Shown in pieces: positions 57,619-64,000 of a stretch of DNA of 64,000 bases (the first letter of the stretch is position 1; each line of letters starts with the position of its first letter). The position numbers and the translations under genes were made by a program. Origin of the DNA: an uncultured Gemmatimonadaceae bacterium (GTDB taxonomy: Bacteria; Gemmatimonadota; Gemmatimonadetes; Gemmatimonadales; Gemmatimonadaceae); the NCBI GenBank assembly GCA_963817955.1, contig CAWFQK010000006.1, positions 51,007 through 115,006 on the forward strand. The letters run 5' to 3'. Under the pieces are notes generated by a model, which was given only the letters and a program-made list of their open reading frames with translations, was not told where the DNA came from and ran no database searches.

Positions 57619-60006
57619 ATGCGATTCCGTGTTTCCGCCGCCGCCGTGGTGCTGGCCACCACTCCCGTCTTTGCGCAGCAGCGCGTCTTTACTGCCGCCG
57701 ACTATGCGCGCGCCGAGCAGTACATGAGCTACAACACGACGCCGTTGGTGTTTGGGACGAGCATACGTCCCACCTGGCTGCCGAACGACCGCATCTGGTA
57801 CCGCAGCGTCACGCCCTCCAGCAGCGACATCGTGATCATCGATGCGACCCGCGGAACGCGCACCCGGGTGCTCGAGGAGCCTCGTCTGGCAGCAGCGATC
57901 GCTGCCGCTACCGGCGCGACTGTCGAGGCACTTCGCCAGCCGGTGACCCAAGCCTCTGTGAGCAACGACGGACGGTCGATCACCGTGTCGAGCAATGGCC
58001 GTTCCGTGACGTGCGACATCGAAACGACCCGCTGTGGCGCGGCAGTCGATGATCGCGAGCGACCGACCGCCGGCGGGCGGGGCGGGGGACGGGCGGGCGG
58101 AGGTCGCGGACGAGGTGGTGCGCGCGCGCCCGAGACGCTTTCGCCTGACGGCAAGAAAGCCGCATTCATCCGCGATTGGAATCTCTGGATGCGCGACGTG
58201 GCCACAAACCGCGAGACGCAACTGACCAGGGACGGTCTCCCGGATTTCGGCTACGCCACGGACAACGCCGGCTGGACACACAGCGATCGCGCCATCCTGA
58301 TCTGGTCGCCCGATTCGAAGAAGATCGCCACCTTCCAGCAGGATCAGCGCAAGGTCGGCGAGATGTACATCGTCTCAACCAGGGTCGGCCACCCCGAATT
58401 GCGTGCGTGGAAGTACCCCCTACCCGGCGACAGCATCGTCACGATGATTCAACGCGTGATCATCGACGTGAGCGGTGACACGCCGAGTGTCATTCGCCTG
58501 CAGATGCCGGCAGACCAGCATCGGTCCACACTCTGCGATCACATCGCTTGCCGCGGTGGCGACTGGGCGGACGTTGAGTGGTACCCCGACGGGTCGCAAC
58601 TCGCGTTCGTCTCGACGTCGCGCGATCACAAGCATGAGGTGCTGCGTGTCGCCGATGCGCACAGCGGCGCGGTGCGCGACGTCTTCGACGAAACGGTCGC
58701 GACGCAATACGAGTCTGGCAACGGCCGTGTGAATTGGCATGTGCTGCCGGCATCGAATGAAGTGATCTGGTTCTCGGAGCGAGACAACTGGGGTCAGTTG
58801 TACCTCTACGATCTCACGACTGGAAAGCTCAAGCACCAGATCACGACGGGTGAGGGCAACGTCACGCAGTTGCTCAACATCGACGCCAAGACCCGCACGC
58901 TCTATTTCCAGGGTGTCGGCAAGGAGAAGGGCCGCGACCCATACTTCCGTCACTTCTACAAGATCGGCATGGACGGCAAGGGCTTGACGCTGCTGACGCC
59001 GGAAGATGCCGACCACGAGGTGATGCTCGCGCCGTCCGGTCGCTTTTTCTTCGACAGCTTCTCGCGCCCCGACGTGCCGCAGACCACGGTTGTTCGCGAC
59101 GCGAATGGCAAGCTCGTGACGAATGTGGAGAAGGCCGACATCTCGCGCCTGCTCGCCACCGGATGGAAGCCGCCGGTTCCGATCACCGTCAAGGCGCGCG
59201 ACGGCAAGACGGACCTGTATGGCCTGATGTACGTGCCCACGCATCTCGATTCGGCGAAGAAGTACCCGATCATCAATCACATCTATCCAGGTCCCCAGAC
59301 GGGCTCGGTAGGTGGTCGTTCCTTCTCGCCCGCGCGCGGTGACGGGCAGGCACTCGCCGAGCTCGGGTTCGTCGTGGTGGAGATCGATGGCATGGGCACG
59401 CCGTGGCGATCCAAGGCCTTCCATGATTTCTACTACGGCAACATGGGCGACAACACGCTGCCCGATCAGATCGCCGGCATGAAAGACCTGGCGAGTCGCT
59501 ACCGCTGGATCGACGTCGATCGCGCCGCGATCTTCGGTCACTCCGGCGGTGGCAATGCCACCGCTGACGCACTGTTCCGCTACCCGGATTTCTTCAAGGT
59601 TGGTATTGCAGAATCCGGCAACCACGACAACCGCGAATACGAAGACGATTGGGGCGAGCGCTACCAGGGGCTGGAAGTGAAGAGCGCCAGCGGCGGATCG
59701 AACTACGATGACCAGGCCAATCAGAACCTGGCCAAGAATCTGAAGGGCAAGCTGTTGCTCGCACACGGCACGATGGACGACAACGTGCCACCGTATAACA
59801 CGTTGCTCGTTGTCGATGCGCTCATCAAGGCAAACAAGGATTTCGATCTACTCCTGTTGCCCAATCAACCGCATGGGTACGGCGCGGAATCGAACTACAT
59901 GACGCGCCGGCGCTGGGATTACTTCGTGAAGAACTTGCTCGGTGCCGAACCGCCCAAGGAGTACGAACTCGGGCCGAAGCCGGCCGGCGGCCGATCTACG
60001 CCGTAA
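57619..60006 (+). CDS. S9 dipeptidyl peptidase IV-like protein
   Basis: WSPDSKKI, IYPGPQ, GHSGGG nucleophile, HGTMDDNV, catalytic His PHGY. Confidence 0.94.
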   Translation: MRFRVSAAAVVLATTPVFAQQRVFTAADYARAEQYMSYNTTPLVFGTSIRPTWLPNDRIWYRSVTPSSSDIVIIDATRGTRTRVLEEPRLAAAIAAATGATVEALRQPVTQASVSNDGRSITVSSNGRSVTCDIETTRCGAAVDDRERPTAGGRGGGRAGGGRGRGGARAPETLSPDGKKAAFIRDWNLWMRDVATNRETQLTRDGLPDFGYATDNAGWTHSDRAILIWSPDSKKIATFQQDQRKVGEMYIVSTRVGHPELRAWKYPLPGDSIVTMIQRVIIDVSGDTPSVIRLQMPADQHRSTLCDHIACRGGDWADVEWYPDGSQLAFVSTSRDHKHEVLRVADAHSGAVRDVFDETVATQYESGNGRVNWHVLPASNEVIWFSERDNWGQLYLYDLTTGKLKHQITTGEGNVTQLLNIDAKTRTLYFQGVGKEKGRDPYFRHFYKIGMDGKGLTLLTPEDADHEVMLAPSGRFFFDSFSRPDVPQTTVVRDANGKLVTNVEKADISRLLATGWKPPVPITVKARDGKTDLYGLMYVPTHLDSAKKYPIINHIYPGPQTGSVGGRSFSPARGDGQALAELGFVVVEIDGMGTPWRSKAFHDFYYGNMGDNTLPDQIAGMKDLASRYRWIDVDRAAIFGHSGGGNATADALFRYPDFFKVGIAESGNHDNREYEDDWGERYQGLEVKSASGGSNYDDQANQNLAKNLKGKLLLAHGTMDDNVPPYNTLLVVDALIKANKDFDLLLLPNQPHGYGAESNYMTRRRWDYFVKNLLGAEPPKEYELGPKPAGGRSTP

Positions 60007-60022
60007 GAGAAAGGGGTCTTCC

Positions 60023-60063
60023 AAAGACGGCGAGCGGAATTCTCCGCTCGCCGTCTTTTTGTT
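60023..60063 (+). terminator. Intrinsic terminator
   Basis: AAAGACGGCGAGCGGA-ATTC-TCCGCTCGCCGTCTTT followed by TTGTT. Confidence 0.88.
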
Positions 60064-60067
60064 GGGG

Positions 60068-60585
60068 GGATCATCGGGGATGTCTGTGGGTGACTTCACG
60101 AGACACGAGACGCCTGTCATCCTGAGCGAAGCCCTGTCATCCTGAGCGAAGCGAAGGATCTCTGTGACCGACAGACCAGCTTTTCAACGCAGAGGTCGCA
60201 GAGAACTGCAGGAGAACTGCAGAGAACTGCAAAAGAGAACTGGAAAAGGGAACTGCAAAAGAGAACTGCAAGCGTACGGAAGAGGGAAGCGCGTATCGGT
60301 GGAATGACCCGTGGATGCCGAGTCCACAATCATTCCGCTCATATCGTCGATGATCCCGACTTGGGCGATACCATCGGAGCATCACGACGGCCTCATCCAA
60401 GACTTCCAGGCGAGAAAACCCTTCACGGTCCTTGTAGTTCTCTTGCAGTTCTCTGCGACCTCTTGCAGTTCTCTGCGACCTCTGCGTTAAATGCTGGTCT
60501 GTCGGTCGCAGAGATCCTTCGCTTCGCTCAGGATGACAGGGCTTCGCTCAGGATGACAGGGCTTCGCTCAGGATGACGGGCTTCG
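60068..60585. repeat. Nested palindromic element, copy 3
   Basis: Same arms and core as copy 1; 20-bp unit GCTTCGCTCAGGATGACAGG x3 on the right and x2 (inverted) on the left; CACGAGACACGAGAC inserted in the left arm. Confidence 0.9.
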
Positions 60586-60705
60586 AGACGCCAATGGTCC
60601 AGCCTGCGAAGGTGCGATTTCTGCTCTTGAGGCACTTCACGCATCGGTCGCCGGGCCATATGGCGGCCACGACAGGTACTCATCATCGGCGTCGGAGACG
60701 ACCGA

Positions 60706-62502
60706 ATGACCACGCGCATCGAGGACTACGCATTGATCGGCGATTGCGAGACCGCGGCGCTGATCTCGCGCAACGGCTCCATGGACTGGCTGTGCTGGCC
60801 GCGCTTCGACTCGAGCGCGTGCTTCGCGGGGCTCCTCGGCGGACCGGAAAGCGGGCGCTGGAGCCTGGGTCCGTGCGACGAGAGTGCGCGTGTACGACGC
60901 CGGTACCGTGGCGACTCCATGATTCTCGAAACGGAATACGAGACGCAAGACGGCTGCGTGCAGGTCCTCGACTTCATGCCGCTCCGCGATAGCATAGCCG
61001 ACGTCGTGCGTATCGCGATCGGCAAACGCGGCCGGGTTCCCATGAAGACCGAGATCATCTTCCGATTCGACTATGGGCTCATCGTGCCGTGGGTAAGTCG
61101 TCTCGACGACGGAAGTCTGCGCGCCATTGCTGGTCCGGACATGATCGTCGTACGTGCCGGCGTGGACCTGCACGGACAGGATCTGACCACCGTTGGCGAA
61201 TTCACCCTGTCCGAAGGGGATCGCGTCCCGTTCGTCATGACGTGGGGACCGTCGCACCTCGATCCACCGCGACCGATCGACGCCGAAGATGCATTGCGGC
61301 GCACGGAAGATTTCTGGAAGCGGTGGTCGAGCCACTGCACTTACACCGGTGCATGGCGCGACGCCGTCATGCGATCGCTTCTCACGCTCAAGGCGCTGAC
61401 GTATCACCCCACCGGCGGCATCGTGGCGGCTCCCACGACATCGTTGCCGGAATCACTCGGCGGGTTACGCAACTGGGATTACCGCTACTGCTGGTTGCGC
61501 GACACGACGCTGTCACTGCTCGCGCTGATGGACGCCGGCTATTATCGCGAGGCAGCCGCCTGGCGAAACTGGCTGATGCGCGCTGCTGCCGGGAGCCCGG
61601 ACCAGTTGCAGATCATGTACGGCGTCGGCGGCGAACGATTACTTCCCGAGTGGGAGGTGCCCTGGTTGACAGGCTATGAGAACTCGAAACCAATACGCAT
61701 TGGGAACGCCGCGCACGGACAGATGCAATTGGATGTTTATGGCGAGATCATGGATGCGCTGCATCAGGCCCGTCTCGGGAACATTCCTGAGAGCGCCGAG
61801 GCTTGGGAGCTGCAGAAAGCACTCGCGGCACATCTCGAAACGATCTGGGATCGTCCCGATCAGGGCATCTGGGAGGTTCGCGGCAAGCCCCAACACTTCA
61901 TCCATTCCAAGGTGATGGCGTGGGTTTCGATCGACCGTATGGTGAGGAGCGCCGAACGCTTCCACCTCAGGGGGCCGATCGACGAGTGGCGCACGCTACG
62001 CGATCGCATACACGCCGACGTGTGCGAGAAGGGTTTCGATCGACAACTGAATTCGTTCGTGCAGGCCTACGGCTCGAAACTGCTCGACGCCAGTCTCCTG
62101 CTCATCCCGCTCGTTGGATTTCTGCCGGCCACCGACCCGCGTGTGCGCGGCACCGTCGAGTGCATCGAGAAGCGCCTGTGCGCCGATGGCTTCGTCCTAC
62201 GCTATGACAGCGGCCAAACGGATGACGGGCTCCCACCAGGCGAGGGCGCATTTCTCGCCTGTAGCTTCTGGCTCGCCGACAATTACGTGCTCCTCAGCCG
62301 GCGCGACGACGCGGAGCGTCTGTTTGAACGCTTGCTGTCACTGCGAAACGACGTCGGCCTGCTCGCCGAGGAGTACGACCCACGCGTCAAGCGTCAGGTC
62401 GGCAACTTTCCGCAGGCGTTCTCCCACATCGCGTTGTTGAGCACCGCGTTCAACTTGGCACCAGGCATGAGCGATGGTGCGCCACGCCGTTGCCTGGGGT
62501 AG
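60706..62502 (+). CDS. GH15 glucoamylase/trehalase-like protein
   Basis: IEDYALIGD, AAPTTSLPE, NWDYRYCWLRD, QLDVYGE, GIWEVR, LLAEEYD, GNFPQAFSH. Confidence 0.95.
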   Translation: MTTRIEDYALIGDCETAALISRNGSMDWLCWPRFDSSACFAGLLGGPESGRWSLGPCDESARVRRRYRGDSMILETEYETQDGCVQVLDFMPLRDSIADVVRIAIGKRGRVPMKTEIIFRFDYGLIVPWVSRLDDGSLRAIAGPDMIVVRAGVDLHGQDLTTVGEFTLSEGDRVPFVMTWGPSHLDPPRPIDAEDALRRTEDFWKRWSSHCTYTGAWRDAVMRSLLTLKALTYHPTGGIVAAPTTSLPESLGGLRNWDYRYCWLRDTTLSLLALMDAGYYREAAAWRNWLMRAAAGSPDQLQIMYGVGGERLLPEWEVPWLTGYENSKPIRIGNAAHGQMQLDVYGEIMDALHQARLGNIPESAEAWELQKALAAHLETIWDRPDQGIWEVRGKPQHFIHSKVMAWVSIDRMVRSAERFHLRGPIDEWRTLRDRIHADVCEKGFDRQLNSFVQAYGSKLLDASLLLIPLVGFLPATDPRVRGTVECIEKRLCADGFVLRYDSGQTDDGLPPGEGAFLACSFWLADNYVLLSRRDDAERLFERLLSLRNDVGLLAEEYDPRVKRQVGNFPQAFSHIALLSTAFNLAPGMSDGAPRRCLG

Positions 62503-62537
62503 GAAAGCGCCAGTGTAGAATCCGACCGCTTCGCTCG

Positions 62538-63896
62538 TCAGTACTTCGCCAGGTAGCTCTCCAGCTCCCACGCACTCACCTGCGTGATGTAGTCGCGCCA
62601 TTCCTGCCTCTTCGCCTCGACGAAATTCGATGTGATGTGTTTGCCGAGCGCGCCAGTGATGACGTCGTCCTTCTCCAACTCGTCGAGCGCCTCGTTGAGG
62701 TCGTGCGGCAGGTCATCGATGCGCAACCGGCGTTTTTCACGGAAGCTCATTTCCCAGATGTTCTCGTCTACTGGCTCGCGATAATCGGCGACGGTCTCGA
62801 TGCCGTCGAGTCCCGCGGCGAGCATCACGGAGAGCGCCAGATATGGATTGGCCGACGGGTCAGGGGACCTCAGCTCGAGGCGTGTGCCAAGTCCGCGCCG
62901 ATCGGGCACGCGAATGAGCGGTGAGCGGTTGCGCATGGACCAGGCGACGTTCACCGGCGCCTCGTAGCCGGGAACCAATCGCTTGTATGAGTTCACGAGC
63001 GGGTTCGTGATGGCGCACATACCGCGCGCATGGCGGAGCAGCCCACCGGTGTAGTGAAGCGCCGTCTTCGACAGCTCCCATTGGGAGTTGGGATCCCAGA
63101 ACGCGTTGTCCTTTCCGCGGAACAACGATTGGTGCGTGTGCATACCGCTGCCGTTCTGGCCAAAGATCGGTTTGGGCATGAAGGACGCAAGCAAGCCAAA
63201 CTGTGTCGCGACATGCTTCACGACAAACCGAAACGTCGCGATGTTGTCGGCCGTCTGGAGTGCATCGGCGTAGCGGAAATCGATCTCGTGCTGACCGTGC
63301 GCCACCTCGTGATGTGCTGCCTCCACCTCGAAGCCCATCCGTTCGAGCATGTCAACCATGGCCCGCCGGGCGTCCTCACCGAGGTCGGCCGGGGCGAGAT
63401 CGAAGTAGCCGCCCACATCGTGCGTGTTGGTCGTCGGCTCGCCGGCCGTGTCCGGTTTGAACAGGAAGAATTCCGCTTCCATCCCGGCGTTCATGGAGTA
63501 GCCCATCGAGCCCGCCTTGGCGAGCATCGACTTGAGCGTGCCACGAGGATCTCCGGTAAACGGCTCCCCAGACGGCGTCCGGATGTCGCAGATGATCCGG
63601 CAAATGCGATTGTCCGGGTCGCCCCACGGATAGATGAGGAACGTGTCGAGATCGGGCGCCAGGAGCATGTCGGACTCCTCGATTCGTACGAACCCCTCGA
63701 TGGAGGACCCGTCGAACATGATGTCGCCGTCGAGCGCCTTCTCGAACTGCGACGACGGAATCTCGACGTTCTTGTTGATGCCGAGGATGTCGGTGAACTG
63801 CAGGCGCATGAATCGGACATTGAGCTTCTGTGTCAGCTCGAGAATGTCCTTCTTTGATGCGCCCGTCATGTCGGGCGTAAGGGAGCGAGCGCGCAT
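62538..63896 (-). CDS. glnA: Glutamine synthetase type I
   Basis: LQFTDILG, FDGSSIEGF, HHEVA, NGSGMH, NSYKRLVPGYEAP, ELRSPDPSANPYL (start 63896 or 63869). Confidence 0.96.
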   Translation of the reverse strand: MRARSLTPDMTGASKKDILELTQKLNVRFMRLQFTDILGINKNVEIPSSQFEKALDGDIMFDGSSIEGFVRIEESDMLLAPDLDTFLIYPWGDPDNRICRIICDIRTPSGEPFTGDPRGTLKSMLAKAGSMGYSMNAGMEAEFFLFKPDTAGEPTTNTHDVGGYFDLAPADLGEDARRAMVDMLERMGFEVEAAHHEVAHGQHEIDFRYADALQTADNIATFRFVVKHVATQFGLLASFMPKPIFGQNGSGMHTHQSLFRGKDNAFWDPNSQWELSKTALHYTGGLLRHARGMCAITNPLVNSYKRLVPGYEAPVNVAWSMRNRSPLIRVPDRRGLGTRLELRSPDPSANPYLALSVMLAAGLDGIETVADYREPVDENIWEMSFREKRRLRIDDLPHDLNEALDELEKDDVITGALGKHITSNFVEAKRQEWRDYITQVSAWELESYLAKY

Positions 63897-64000
63897 TGCG
63901 ATAGGGCTGGTGGCGGGAAGCGAGGAGACCGTTCGCCAGATAACACGCTACATCCGGCGCTCGGCGCTCGCTACTCGGGGTTGGAGGCACGTTCGCCCAT

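Noticed and set aside
33616..60585. Diversity-generating retroelement template/variable repeat pair among the repeated cores
   Set aside because: No reverse transcriptase in the window, the copies are intergenic, and the differences are not adenine-specific.

Overview
High-GC bacterial chromosome segment; gene content and style suggest Gemmatimonadota or a similar soil lineage (inference only). In order, it holds: a type II secretion operon (gspG-F-H-I-J-K-L-M-C-like-D, running off the left edge); fabH; an ECF sigma/anti-sigma-headed RND efflux operon; a lower-GC three-gene islet downstream of tRNA-Cys and a half tRNA-Phe; PAP2, MFS and glutamine synthetase III; an L-arabinose locus whose araB/isomerase part is full of frameshifts; Slt, DUF350, yaeQ, tricorn protease, a methyltransferase and an M20 peptidase; an NfeD-like/flotillin pair; a 3-ketoglycoside-type oxidative glycoside cluster; and GH20, M16, S9, GH15 and glnA. 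There are two main candidates for undescribed biology. (1) The islet, TIGR04255-like protein + HTH protein + PemK/MazF-like protein, is a possible tripartite toxin-antitoxin/defence module, and its putative toxin has a hidden frameshifted N-terminus. (2) A ~460-520 bp nested palindromic element occurs three times; it carries a conserved, apparently structured ~165 bp core that is inverted relative to its arms in one copy. Four isolated +1 insertions and one error-dense block suggest the assembly contains indel errors, so pseudogene calls are uncertain. All family assignments are by eye; no searches were run.
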